A program made the translations under genes and the position numbers. The notes beneath the pieces were generated by a model. It did not search any database and was not told the origin of the DNA. It was given only the letters and a program-made list of their open reading frames with translations. From contig OZ024740.1 of NCBI GenBank assembly GCA_964016885.1, positions 355,632,001-355,696,000 of the forward strand: a DNA stretch of 64,000 nt. The letters are read 5' to 3'. Every line of letters starts with the position of its first letter. Position 1 is the first letter of the stretch. Shown in pieces: positions 1-14,165 of the stretch. The DNA is from Eledone cirrhosa (taxonomy: Eukaryota).

Positions 1-40
1 CGAAAGCTGTTTCATACAAATGTTGAGGGAATACCAAAGC
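1..40 (-). CDS. TP53I11: TP53I11/PIG11-like coding exon (third visible; runs off the left window edge)
   Basis: Minus strand reads ...atttccttttttccag|GCT TTG GTA TTC CCT CAA CAT TTG TAT GAA ACA GCT TTC = ALVFPQHLYETAF. This parallels vertebrate TP53I11 ALAFPDQLYDAVF as I recall it. Strong polypyrimidine/AG acceptor; phase 0 matches the previous exon. Confidence 0.85.
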
Positions 41-162
41 CTGGAAAAAAGGAAATTAATAGAAATTAGTTCCTGCCAAAAGAACATCTTCAATAACAAG
101 AATGAATTGGGCATAGGCTCAAGGTCACACATTTTTGTGGTGAGAGAACAGTCAATTATACC

Positions 163-347
163 TTAACCCTTTAGCATTTGCATTACTCTATATTTATTTT
201 TGTATTTTCATGGTAAAGGCCTTACCTCACATAATTATCTCACATAATATTGAATCTATGAGATTTTGATATTATTTATTTTGAGAACAATACCATAGCG
301 TTGGTTTGAGTGGCTGGTTACAGCTGGTTTAAATGCTAAAGGGTTAA
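163..347. mobile_element. piggyBac-type MITE, family A
   Basis: TTAA-CCCTTTAGCATTT...AAATGCTAAAGGG-TTAA: terminal inverted repeats with TTAA target duplication; related copies elsewhere in the window. Confidence 0.8.
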
Positions 348-552
348 TTGGTACTTATTCAATCAAACCTGGAAGGACAGAAGACAAAGTCAACCTCGGG
401 AGGTTTTGAACTCAGAATATAAAAACATGTAACTAAACAAACTAAACAGCACAAGTTTTATTCTCCGTCTCTTCACTGATTCTGACATCTAAAGATTAGT
501 AATATAATAACTGTTTCAAACAGTTAAATAGTGTACTAGGATTTTTGTTACT

Positions 553-672
553 TATAATTGTTTCTACTTTTGGCACAAGGCCAGCAATTACCCAGTACAT
601 CACTGGTACTTTATTTTATCGACCCCGTAAGGATGAAAGGTAAAGTTAACCTCGGCGGGATCTGAACTTATA
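553..672 (-). mobile_element. tRNA-derived SINE (Meta-domain-like core), partial; abundant family
   Basis: Reverse complement of GAGGTTAACTTTGCCTTTCATCCTTACGGGGTCGATAAAATAAAGTACCAG...GTGCCAAAAGTAGAAACAATT. Many copies, e.g. ~1440-1530, 14600-14790, 18170-18480, 19330-19560, 32180-32500, 35740-36125, 40975-41180, 49320-49497, 54495-54595. Confidence 0.7.
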
Positions 673-915
673 ATGCTTGTGAAACTGAGATATTCATAAT
701 TCAAATTCATCATTATCATTATCGTAAATTTTGAGCAGAGGATTTAGTCAAATAAATCAATATCAGTATTATGATTTATAAAACCAGAAGCAGTTTTGGG
801 TGGGTTGGTTTCAAAAGGGTTAATGATACAAAAGAAATGGCTATATAGGGAATTTGAAACCAGATTGTAGACTCAATGCACTGAAAGCATGCTATGATAT
901 TATGGCACCCAGCAT

Positions 916-919
<4 letters not shown>

Positions 920-993
<74 letters not shown>
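920..993. repeat. (TA)n microsatellite
   Basis: Direct reading; many shorter (TA)n tracts occur throughout the window. Confidence 0.95.
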
Positions 994-995
<2 letters not shown>

Positions 996-1584
996 CCTTA
1001 GATAATTACAAAGCCACAAAGTGTTTCAATATGTTTAACTCTTCCCCTTCATTCATATAAGTTTTCATTGTAGTACAATTCAATCTACCAGGAAGGAACT
1101 GAGGTTGCTCTGCAACCAGACATTTCATCTAGACTATTGTGACCTTTCATTTCCTGTAAAGGTCACAGGTACTCCTACTTGACAGTATAGGGACATCGAT
1201 CAAAATATAGAATTAAGAGGGAGCATAAGACCAAAGCTCCTGCTAGCTACTTGACTTTAGTAAAGCAGAGATGATATTTAACACAAAAGTTGACACACCC
1301 TCTTCTACTATATACTGCCTGGCACTAGATATAAATGATTTTCATGTGTATGTTTATATATATATATATATATATATAGTCAAAACTTTGTCAGCAAGGA
1401 AAACGGAAGTTAATTAAGAATGATAATGATAGTGATAATAATTATTTCTACTTTTGGCACAAAACCACCAATTATCCCAGTGCATGACTGGTACTTTATT
1501 TTATCGACCCTGTAAGGATGAAAGGCAAATAATAATGAAGATCACACACACATACATACATATATATATATATAACAAAGGAAT

Positions 1585-1793
1585 TGTGGTAAGGAACCAG
1601 ATGGACCATAACGCACCAGAGTACTCAATACTTAGGGTAGTAGAGTGGGAAATAGAAAAAAGTAGGAACCCGACGGCAGAGCTCAAGCCGTTTCGGCAGC
1701 TATTTCTGGACTAAATTAGAATTAAAAATTCTAATTTAGTCCAGAAATAGCCGTCAAAACGGCTTGAACTCTGCTGTCAGGGTCATACTTTTT

Positions 1794-1795
<2 letters not shown>
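1585..1795 (-). mobile_element. Probable Penelope-like terminal-repeat fragment ending in a ~140 bp fold-back palindrome
   Basis: 1655-1725 and 1727-1795 are inverted copies. Contains the hammerhead 3' half GAAA-CGGC...GCCG-TC. Related pieces at ~28935-28995 and ~44125-44262; flanked by (TA)n. Confidence 0.5.
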
Positions 1796-1830
<35 letters not shown>

Positions 1831-2092
1831 GTAAGATTTGTAAAATAAGCAATATGGAACTGTATACTTGTTGCATTTGACTTTAAGATAGTTATTCACA
1901 ATGACAGATATCTCTGTGTACATACATATACATATGTAATGCACGAATAGCCAAGATGAAAAAGTTAAGACATTTTATTCTTCAAACATATTTCTACAAG
2001 GATAAAAATAAAAATGGTGAAACACCTTATATATATTTATATATGCACACACGTGTATGTTTATATGTACACACACATATATATATATATAT

Positions 2093-4212
2093 ATGAGGAG
2101 AATAAATGGGAGAAAGACAGTCTCCCCCATATCGACCCAATAGAGGGACCAGCAGTGTTAGTTGAGGGGAGTATAATAAGTAAGGTAATCAAGGATATGA
2201 AGACGGGTAAGGTGGCTGGGCCTTCGGAAATAGTTGCTGAGATGCTGAAGGCATCTGGCACGGTGGGACACACCATGGTCACCCGCATAGTTAACCAAGT
2301 CGTACAGAATGGAGTTGTTCCGAAGGACTGGCATAGCAGCATCATCGTTAACTGTTATAAGGGTAAAGGAGACGCCCTAGATAGGAGTAACTATAGAGGC
2401 ATTAAATTAATCAACCAGGTCATGAAGGTCACGGAAAAAGTAATAGCGCAACTAATCAGAGAGAGAATCGACCTAGATGAAATGCAGTTCGGGTTTGTGT
2501 CAGGCAAAAGTACCACAGACGCTCTTTTCATAGTACGACAACTACAGGAGAAGTACCTAGCTAAAGGTAAACCCCTCTACTTAGCTTTTGTCGACTTGGA
2601 GAAAGCCTTCGACAGAGTCCCCCGCTCCATTATCTGGTGGGCTCTTAGAAAACTAGGCGTTGACGAATGGCTTGTGAGGGCTATACAAGCCATGTATAAA
2701 GAAACAGTCAGCAAGGTTAGAATTAACAACGAATATAGTGAAGAGTTTAGCGTAAAAGTTGGCGTCCATCAGGGCTCTGTTCTCAGCCCCCTACTATTTA
2801 TTATTGACCTTCAGGCTATAACAGAGGAGTTCAAGACAGGCTGCCCATGGGAACTCCTATACGCAGACGACCTGACACTCATAGCGGAATCAATGGCCGA
2901 GCTAGAGAAGAAATTCCAAACATGGAAGCACGGCCTAGAGTCAAAAGGACTTAAAATTAACCTGGCTAAGACCAAAGTTCTAGTTTGTAGGAAAGAAAAC
3001 AAGGCAGCGGTCCCTTCTGGGAAATGGTCGTGCTCGGTGTGTAGGAAAGGCGTAGGTAGAAACTCCATTTTATGTCCTAAATGCAAAGTATGGGTGCATA
3101 AAAGATGTAGTGGGATCACAGGTAAGCTAACTAAGAACATAGATTTTACATGTGGCCGGTGTTCTGGTGCAATAAGTAGCAGCAAGTGCCCACAAAATAC
3201 TAGCTCTTTCAATTGCGCAGAGGGTTCTATAGAAATAGTGGACAGCTTCCGTTACCTGGGCGATAAAATCAGCAGTGGGGGAGGGTGCTCTGAAAGTACT
3301 GTAGCTAGAGTCAGAACTGGTTGGAAAAAGTTCAGAGAGCTTATACCACTATTAGCTGCTAAAGGGTTCTCCCTAAAAATGAAAGGCAGGTTGTACGATG
3401 CCTGCATACGAACAGCAATGCTGCATGGCAGTGAGACCTGGGCATTGTGTGCAGAGGATATACGCAGACTAGAGAGGAACGAAGCTTGCATGCTCCGCTG
3501 GATGTGTAACAGTAATATACGTGAACGGCAAAGCATAAACGAACTAAGGAAAAAATTAGAGATAAGAGGGATCAGATGTTGTTTACTCGAGAGAAGGCTA
3601 CGTTGGTATGGACACGTGATGCGCATGAAAGTCGATAGCTGTATAACAAAGTGCAGGGCAATAAAGATAGACGGTAGTCACGGAATAGGCAGACCTAGAA
3701 AAACCTGGGACGAGCTGATAAACTCCGACATCACACACTTACACCTCTCTAAGACAATGTCACTGGACCGAGACCTTTGGCGGTACTCAGTAACAGAGAA
3801 GACCCGCCTTACCTAAATATATAGTAAAACCTACTCCAACCAGTAGGCATCTCTAACAAAATACACCCCGTCCCACCACCACCACCCCCACCCCATCCAC
3901 ACCACCCCGTTCTATGTAAAGTTATGTTGGTGCCGCGCCATAGGCCGAAACAAATGAGATCGTGTAGGTGTCACGACAAAAAACACACAGTCCACGCTGT
4001 AATGTGGCCGTGTAGGCAACACGGTAAAAACCTCCCAGACCCACACTGTAAATGTGGTTGGTGTTAGGAAGGGCATCCAACTGTAGAAAACCTGCCAGAC
4101 AGTCCTATGCGAGCAAGACAATCACTCTTGCCTCAAGTGGGACTACCCCCGTCCAAACCCATGCAAGCGTGGAACACGGACGTTAAACGTTGATGATGAT
4201 GATGATGATGAT
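2093..4212 (+). mobile_element. RTE-clade LINE, 5'-truncated, young (RT + 3' UTR + (GAT)n tail)
   Basis: Open RT frame to 3816 with NYRGIKL, QFGF, FVDLEKAFDRVP, GVHQGSVLSPLLF, YADD, FRYLG and the RTE C-terminus RRLRWYGHVMR...GRPRKTW; 3' end ACGTTAAACGTTGATGATGAT. The N-terminal residues of the track ORF (2014-2092) are microsatellite read-through. Confidence 0.95.
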
Positions 4213-4252
4213 ATATATATACACACACGTGTATGTTTATATGTACACACAT

Positions 4253-4299
<47 letters not shown>

Positions 4300-4305
<6 letters not shown>

Positions 4306-5266
4306 TTTCTATGCTATCTATTGAACCCTCGTGTTCTAGTTTGGCATGTTGGTATAGCACTGATGAGCTTTTCCCTTCCTTAACCCTTTAATGTTCAAAC
4401 CAGCCAAAACTGGCCAGATTTCTCTACCTCTTTCTGTTGAAACTGACTGTAACCGGTCGCTCAAACTGATGTTAAGGTATTGTTCTCAAAATAAATACTT
4501 TCAAAATCTCAGATTCGATATGTGAGATAATTATGCAAGGTAAAGCCTTTACCATGAAACTATAATAGTATATATAGAATAATGTGAATGCTAAAGGGTT
4601 AAGTTCTCACCAGCGTTCCTTTAATCTCTCTCCTATACTACAGGCTGTCTCTCTTATGTATGTCATTGTCTTGTTTCTGCATCGTACCTCTGTACATATT
4701 ATCCTATAGAATACATTTCTAGTTTTACAGTTTATCTGTGGACTTATTTTAGAGAATATACAGTTTCTATCAGTACAGGGGCTTTCCTAAAGGGGTATAT
4801 CCTACTGATTTGAGATTTTATGGTAGCTCCTGTTTTTTCTACTACTTTAATCCTAAGGTTTATTTTTTTTCTAAAGCTCTTCTAAAACGATATGCTAGTT
4901 TGCCTCTAGGGTAGCATTGATCAACATCAGACTAGTATTTTTGGTTATCAACCATGAGCTGGCCTTCCCTATCTTTTTCTTAGTCCTTTCTATGCTATTC
5001 CATGATTTTCTCCTGTATAGTGGGCAAATCACATTCATATCATTCTCCATAATGGTTTTGAATTTAGCCATGGCTCCTTTGTACACCTCTTTAGTTATAA
5101 CCAAAAAACTGCTAATAATGGATAGATGGCTGCATGTGTCTCTTTAAGTCTGTTGGATCACACATTTCTCATCAGCCTTACCAGTGTATGTCTATACCTA
5201 CTCTGAATCTCCCCATGCATTGAGTATTCCCATGATTAGTAGTCTCTTTGGTCTTACAATCGCAGA

Positions 5267-5270
<4 letters not shown>
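4300..5270 (-). mobile_element. Decayed Penelope-like element (RT C-terminus/GIY-YIG endonuclease remnant)
   Basis: Fragments such as YIRETACSIGERLKE and SSVLYQHAKLEHEGSIDSIEI resemble the GIY-YIG segment at 34637-35030; interrupted by a MITE at 4380-4602. Confidence 0.7.
4380..4602. mobile_element. piggyBac-type MITE, family A, inserted in the Penelope remnant
   Basis: TTAA-CCCTTTA...TAAAGGG-TTAA; Penelope sequence resumes on both sides. Confidence 0.8.
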
Positions 5271-6990
<1,720 letters not shown>

Positions 6991-7799
6991 TATATGTATA
7001 TGCTAGTGTGGAAGATGGATGTTAAACAAAGATTATGATGATGATGATGATGACACACACACAAACTAACAGGCTGACATACAAGTAACAAATTGATGCC
7101 TATAATTGGAAATAGATATTTAGAGATATATTCCACTTTGTTACACATGTATATAATAAACATTGTCACTTAAATATAGAAATATATAAGAGCTAAAAAT
7201 ACAATGAAACCCAAGAAGATGCTAAAATAAAGATGAATAGAATTTGTTTATATAGACAAAGTCATAATCACATGTAACCATACAAAAATCTTCCTATAAT
7301 ACTCAATATATTTTCAGAGTATCATGAAAGGCTTCATTTTCATGAAGTGTCTTGAAGGCAATTTAGCTTGGCAGAGCTCAACTCTTCTTACCCTCTTGAT
7401 ACTGACCTGCTCAAAATTGCCTCTGGTTCTATGAAACAAAACCACCCATTTTAATAGGTTCCTATTTGAATTAAAAGCCTGTGATATAAATTCAAATAAG
7501 AACCTCTAGTTAAGTTATATTACAAATACCATCTTAATATTCAAATTAATAATTTTAGTAAACCAATCTAAATTCATTAGTTAATTGAAATACAGTGTAT
7601 TTAGTTAGAAATATGGTCAATAAAGAGTTAGGCAACTGACAAAAGCTAGAAATAACAACTATGAGATGTAAATTTAAAGGAATTCTTCAATCAGGAATCA
7701 CACTGGTGATGTAGATGTAACTTGATAGATGCCTTTATAGCCACGCATGAAAATGCCTTCATATATCAACACAATATTTACACAATACTAGGTCAGCAG

Positions 7800-8150
7800 T
7801 CTTGTTTTTTTTTTCTGGAAGAAAGGGTATAGCCAGTAGTTGTGGCAAGTAGGACTTCAGAAATTTGGGAAATTGGCACAGTTGATGTCTTTCTTGAAGA
7901 ATTGTGAAGAAAACATGAACAGGAAAGAAATTCCAGAGGGATGAAGTTCTGAGGAGTAAGACTGAGTAAATTGGTTCGTGTGAGGCTTATGAAGGTGGAC
8001 AATATGGCTGGAGAAAGATGAGTGGGGCTGAATGCAGGTGGCATAAAATCAGCCAGCTCTAAGGGGAAGAGTTCATCATAGTAGTGGTAAAAGAGGGTAG
8101 AATGAGAATACAGCACAGCTGTGGGCCAGAGATTAGTGTATAATCAAACC
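7800..8150 (-). mobile_element. Highly decayed CR1/Jockey-group LINE 3' coding remnant
   Basis: Partial motifs LFYHYY...ELADFMPP and RTSSLWN...HVF resemble LINE ORF2 C-termini; many lesions. Confidence 0.4.
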
Positions 8151-8574
8151 TGCCAACCTCTAAAACCCTAAACAGGAAGTTCAATGAAAGGAGAAATGAG
8201 TCAAAATGGGGAGATTTTACATAATAAAAGCTATACCCATTTTTACAAGAGAAGACATCGCTCACCTACCTCAAAGTGGGTGGAAGATCTTCCCATCCGA
8301 CGGGGAGAGTTGACAGGTCTAATATAATACCCCATATAGATTCATAACTGATGTACCCAACTTTGTCCAATTTCATTGTGGACATTATCAGAACTGTACA
8401 TACACAATTGACTGGACAGCAAACTAGATGTCAACTGGCGTGATTACTATAATGCATCAAAGCAACAATGGTTTTAAAGAGTCAACGAAGAAGCCTCTAC
8501 ACCATTCCTTGAACTGCAGAAAGTAGCAACCAAATCATGAGTGCCATCAATCAACATAACCTTCCAAACCAATA

Positions 8575-8825
8575 CAGACAGTATCATCACAACCACTACC
8601 ACCATCACAAACAACACCATCACCACAATCAACACCACCAACACTAGCATCACAATCAACATCACCATCACAGTCAACACCACCTTTACATTCAACACCA
8701 TAATCACAGTTAATACTACCATCAGAGTTAACACCATAACTACATTCTACACCACCATCACAGCCAACACCATCATCATGGCCAATGCTACCATCACAAC
8801 CAACACCACCACCAGAACCAAAACA
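8575..8825. repeat. Degenerate (CAC/CAT/CAA)n trinucleotide tract
   Basis: Direct reading; a similar tract lies at 58246-58500. Confidence 0.85.
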
Positions 8826-9227
8826 ATTATGAAGCCATCTTGTTGAACACCACCAGCACTTCAATGCAATTTTCAGTGGTGCCTTTAATTCTAATTTTCT
8901 GAACTTAGTTCCTGATCACTTGTGGATGTATTTTGCAAACGACTGCCATCTTATCCAGATGAGATTTATCTTTAATCTGCTTAATGCTCGAAGTGAAGCA
9001 AAGCATCAACTCTTAGAAAGCTAAGGTCATATGAGATATTTATATAACAATCTCTAAATAAGATAGCTAGAAGGTAAACATGGTATTTCATTGAAAATTG
9101 ACCATGTTCTGTTAATGGGAAATTTTCTGCTATGACAACTATACTTTTAGTGTAAAATTGTACCTCTTGTAAAATATTAACTCTTTTTACTGCATGATTC
9201 AGATAATAGTTTTAAAATTGTGTAGAT

Positions 9228-9380
9228 GCAGGCAAGACTGATTGGTTAAGAAGTTCACCACATGGTTCTGGATTTGATCTCACTGTGTGTGTCATGGATA
9301 CTCATCTTTATCATGGCCTTGGGATAACCCAAGCTATATGAATGAAACTAGGTAAACAGAAAATGTGTGGAAACTTGTCA
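9228..9380 (+). mobile_element. tRNA-derived SINE of octopus OR-like type, decayed
   Basis: GCAGGC..GGTTAAGAAG..CATGGTTCTGG..GGTA(G)ACAGAAA pattern. Related copies at ~17285-17440, 18680-18850(-), 27600-27745, 29990-30130, 57410-57515(-), 59450-59520. Family name is from memory. Confidence 0.55.
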
Positions 9381-10084
9381 AATGCACTATCTGTCATTCA
9401 AACATCCAGCTATATCATACATTGTATCACATTGATTTGATTTGGGGATTATGTTAAAGGTACATTTGTTTGTAAAATATTAAATTAGTTGGATGTTCAG
9501 TTGAGCAGACAACTGAATGTTCATCATCAAAACTCACCGAGAACCCTCATTAAAGCTGTAGTCTATAAATTAAATTAAATCAAATATAAAAAAAAGATAA
9601 AGTAAAGTTTACAGTTCAAAAGAGAAAAAACCTGTTAGAACCAATAAATCATTAAAGACAAAATAGCAGTAAATCTATAATGGTTGAATGATTTACAACT
9701 TACAACTAAATTGGTAAACAGTAATTTCGTATAGAAAACGATTTCCTAATAATATAGATCAATCAAGAATCTGAGAAATTTCAGAACAAAAAAGAAAGAA
9801 ATTGAGCAGTCTGACTGAATTAGTAGGATTTATAAATATTCAACTATTTTAATATCAACCTACCATAAACTGATCCTGGTTCTATAAAATACCTGGAACC
9901 AGGTATTTTATAGAATTCATTATATAAAATTGCCCATTGCTAAATGTTCAACCTTATATTAAAACCTTCCATCATAATTTTATTTCAGAAATTTTTGTCA
10001 ACTTATGTCCTAAATATTTGCTTACTAAGAAAAAAAAAAAAAAAACGATTATTATTTTATGAAATTTCTATAAATTTTTAGTTC

Positions 10085-10512
10085 TCTTCGCCAACTTATT
10101 CCTGAGAGGGTCGTGGGGGCAGAGTCCTCAAACACTCCTTCCAGCGAGTCCTGTCAGAAGCAACTGTCTCCAACTGATCCAGCTGTATCCCAAATCATTG
10201 TCAGCCAAGCTCATGGATGTTATTCACCCATCTTGCTTGGGGTCTACTCCTGGGTCTCCTACCTGTTGGTTTTGCTCGTAAAATCTGTCCAGTGGTTCTT
10301 TCCTGAGACATTCTAACCACATGCCCATAGTATGGGAGTGGTGATCTCTCAATTCTGAGAAGTAGTGGCTCTACCTGGAGTAACTCTCTGAAGTCCGAGT
10401 TATGCACTTTATTGCATAATGTTACTCCAAAGACCCTCTGTAGGAACCCTATTTTGGCTGCTTGTATTCGCGATCGTATTCTTTCGGTTATTACCCAAGA
10501 TTCATGACCATA
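10085..10512 (-). mobile_element. RTE-clade LINE 3' fragment, Expander/Rex3-like family
   Basis: YGHESWVITERIRSRIQAA...VEPLLLRIERS...GHVVRM...PTGRRPRSRP; second fragment at 33345-33625. Confidence 0.8.
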
Positions 10513-11027
10513 GGTAAATTTTTGGTTCTTTTCAAAATTAATTGAAACACATAGGCAGTGTATTTTCACTAGGAATAATGTCAAAAGGGTAAAAAATATG
10601 GGCAGTTTTGTATATAAATTTAAACTTGCTCTCAAAATTCTGCATACGTATCTTTTTATATGTTATGTTGCAAATAGCAGCTTCATATTGGAGAAATGAG
10701 TTATTTTACTAAATCCCTCAAAATTGTGGATTATTTAAAAAATTAATTGAAATATAGTGATATTGTATTTTGTTAGAAATATGGTCACATGTTATATGTA
10801 ACAAGGCCTTCTGGTTGCTAGGTGAAGGCACCCATACTAGTGTTGATATTTACTTGTTAGAATATATATGTGGATGTATGTTAAACAATGAAGAATAAAA
10901 AAACAAATGTGGTCATAATTAATCCATTGTTTTATGTTTGTTACAAAGGGCAAAATATTAATGTGCAGATTAATCAATGGTAGTTATATAACTCCATACC
11001 ATACTATCAACCTTAAGAAACAACAGA

Positions 11028-11267
11028 TTAACCCTTTAGTTACCAACCCTGCCAAAACCAGCTCTGGTTCTATGAAATAAAGCCACCTATTTAAAAGGTT
11101 TCCAATTTATATTAAAATCTTCCAGCATAGGTTTATATAAGAACCTAACATTAAGTTACTATCTTAGTAATGAAATAATTGATAATTTTAATAAATCTCT
11201 CAAAATTCTTCATTAATTAATTGAAACAGAGTGTATTTCACAAGAAATGTGGTCATGAAAGGGTTAA
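11028..11267. mobile_element. piggyBac-type MITE, family B
   Basis: TTAA-CCCTTT...AAAGGG-TTAA with internal CTGGTTCTATG; relatives at ~7390-7631, 57552-57819, 62390-62600, 62960-63187. Confidence 0.7.
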
Positions 11268-11652
11268 TTACTATCTCAATTTGTTTAACATTATATATCA
11301 GACTCTGTAGTCTTGAATTGTTAGGAATACATAAGAGGATATGATTTTACACAAAAAATGGAAGACACTCTGCTTTGATTGAATATTTATATCAACTTTA
11401 CATTGAGTTCTGATAGATATTGAATTAGCTATGGCTATAAACACTAATATCATGCAAACTAGATATTTTGATTAGTTGATACTACCATATTTGGTCAGCT
11501 TATAAAGCAATTAGTTGAATATTTCTCTGTGGAGAGAGAAAAGTTTATATGGTCTTTATGACAAGAAGTGTTCCAGTTGTTGGAACAAAGGAACAACTTG
11601 CTTTGTCAAATTAATGTGCAAGTGACTGGACATTCCACAGGCACCTATACCC

Positions 11653-12545
11653 GTAACCCTTTAGCGTTTACATTAATCTATATTTACTATTGTGAGAAAT
11701 TAGGAATAAGAGGGATCAGATGCTTTTATTTGAGAGAAGATTACGTTGGTGTGGTCACATGATGCACATGAAAGATGACAGCTGTATAAAAAATAGCAGG
11801 GCGATCGAAATCGACGGAAAAACCTGGGACGACTTGATAAATTCAGACCTTGCACACTTGCACCTCTCTAAGACAATGTCACTGGATTGAGATCTTTGGC
11901 ACCATGCAGTAATACAGAAGACCCATGTTCCCTACGTGCAAAGTTAACCTACAGTCAGTAGGCCCCTCCAAACCAAACACAACCAAACCCACTACTCCTA
12001 CTCCACCCTTCCACACCACCCTTTCTCTATAAAGTTATGTCGGTACCACAACATCCAGTCCAAACTAATGAGGTCGTGTAGGTGTCACAACAAAAAAAAA
12101 AGGGGAAAGGAAAAAATAAAAAAGGAAAGATAGAAGGAAAAAAAAAAAAAAAAGTCCATGCTGTAACGTGGCCGTGTAGGTAACATGGTAAAAAGTTCCC
12201 AGTCCACACTGTAAATGTGGTTGGTGTTAGGAAGGGCATCCAGCTGTGGAAAACTTTCCAGATAGTCTTATACGAGCGAGACATGGTTACTCAACCAATC
12301 TTACCTCAAATAGGACAATTCCCATCTAACCAATGCTAGCGTGCAAGATAGACGTTAAACAATGATGATGATGATTTTCATGGTAAAGGCTTTACCTCAC
12401 ATAATATTGAATCTATGAGATTTTGATATTTATTTTGAGAACAATACCTTAACATCAGTATGAGTGGCTGGTTACAGCCAGTTTGAACAGAAAGAGGAGA
12501 GAGAATTCTGGCTGGATACGGCCAGTTTAAATGCTAAAGGGTTAA
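11653..12545. mobile_element. Family A MITE split by an RTE 3' fragment (11692-12374, + strand), itself inside an older SINE
   Basis: MITE left end 11653-11691, then RTE KLGIRGIRC...3' UTR...(GAT)n, then the MITE resumes at 12375 and ends TAAAGGGTTAA. Confidence 0.8.
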
Positions 12546-13496
12546 TGCAATCCTCAGGGAGATTCAGCACTACACAGTGTGTGAACAGGCTGGCTTTTTG
12601 AATTATAAGTATAATTCATGTTTGATTAAAGCAGAGTAACGTGAAACAGAGAAAAGGGAAACTTTTATTATATCAATTCTAGTCTTTGACTGATACTTAT
12701 CTGATGTGAAGTTGTTGAAATAAATATTGTTATATGTTGGGGGAAGGGGCTCATGCTGCAAATAAAAGCACACAGTTGAGATACACTTCAGTTTTATTAT
12801 TAATCAGGTAAACACACACACACAAAGTAATACATATACTGAAAGATAGACTAACATACATACAGGTAGTGTTTCATATATTACAATGATAACAAGCATT
12901 TTAAGGACATTTTCCCAGCTAAAGCTGCAGTTAGACTTGCAGGAACTATCATGGGGCCTTTTTTAGCAGGAGTTGATCTTCATTTGTAGTTTTCCCAGTC
13001 TCCATACTGCAAACACTCCATACACATACACGTGTGTGTGTGTGTGTGTATGTGTGTGTGGGTATGTCAATGTGTGTATGTATATCTGTGAGTCTGTCAA
13101 TCAGTGAATAATGAGAAACAAAATTAACTTCAGGTGTCTGAGTCCTTGTTTATGTAAACCTGTAAAACCTGGTGTCATTTCAAAAAATTGCACCCAAGTT
13201 TGCCGACCACCTCGCAGTAGGCCCTAGAAACTGATCACTGATCTCAATCAGATGAACAACAACAATCTAGGACACAAGAAGATTTCAAAAACCATAGTTG
13301 TGTCAAAATGCAAAATTTAAAGATTTGACAAAAGCCCCATAAGTCTTGATGGAATTATAGGGGATGCCGTCCTGATAAATGGCATGCCTTGGGCAAAGCC
13401 TATTCCTCTAAAAGTCTGAACACAGATTGTTTAAGAGGGCAAGAGACAAAGAGTTTTTGTTTAGATATAATATTGCATTGTGAGAGAAGATGTAAG

Positions 13497-13578
13497 GAGA
13501 GAGAGAGGGAGTGAGAGAGAGAGGGAGTGAGAGATAGAGAGAGAGAGAGAGAGAGGGAGTGAGAGAAAGAGAGGGAGT

Positions 13579-13610
<32 letters not shown>
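13497..13610. repeat. (GA)n-rich microsatellite
   Basis: Direct reading. Confidence 0.95.
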
Positions 13611-13612
<2 letters not shown>

Positions 13613-13959
13613 ACACCACCAGTACTAGATTGGTATTTTGTTTATCAACCTTGAAAGGATTAAAGGTAAAGTAGATCTTGGCAGGGTTTAAACTCAAAGA
13701 ATCATGAGTCAGAACAATTAACAAACCCTCTTGCAACAATTAACAAACCCTGCTGCAACAATTCATTGCTTTTCAACAAATATACACTGATGAAATAAGT
13801 ACTGGGCTTCGTATTAAATGAATCAGAAACAAAAATCTTTTCTCGATAAGTAGTAAAGGTAACTCTGCATGTCATCATACCTGAGCTACTGCTACTAATC
13901 TTATAGCAGTGAAGTATAACATCTGTATATAATAGTTTTTTATTACTTGCTGAACTTGA

Positions 13960-14165
13960 CAGTGGATTGGCAGTATCGGTAAAGCATCAGACACCCTGCT
14001 TCACAGCAGAGTTACGGCCCTTTACGTTCTGAGTCTAAATCCCATGGAGGTCAACTTTGCCTTTCATCCTTACATGATAGAAAAAAGTCCCAGTCATGCA
14101 CTGGGATTGATTTAATCGACTTTCCCCTCACCCAAAATTGCTGGCTTTCTGCCAAAATACTTGGT
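13960..14165 (+). mobile_element. Near full-length tRNA-headed SINE (Meta-like core)
   Basis: A-box-like TGGCAGTATCGGT, B-box-like GAGTCTAAATCC, core GTCAACTTTGCCTTTCATCC. Confidence 0.65.

Noticed and set aside
2061-3626. Antisense ORFs over RT regions (also 21289-23590, 39370-40457, 56782-57489)
   Set aside because: Shadow frames of LINE coding sequence.
8474-8864. Thr-, Val- or Gly-rich ORFs (also 16424-16923 and 58246-58563)
   Set aside because: Degenerate trinucleotide repeats; no splice or homology support.
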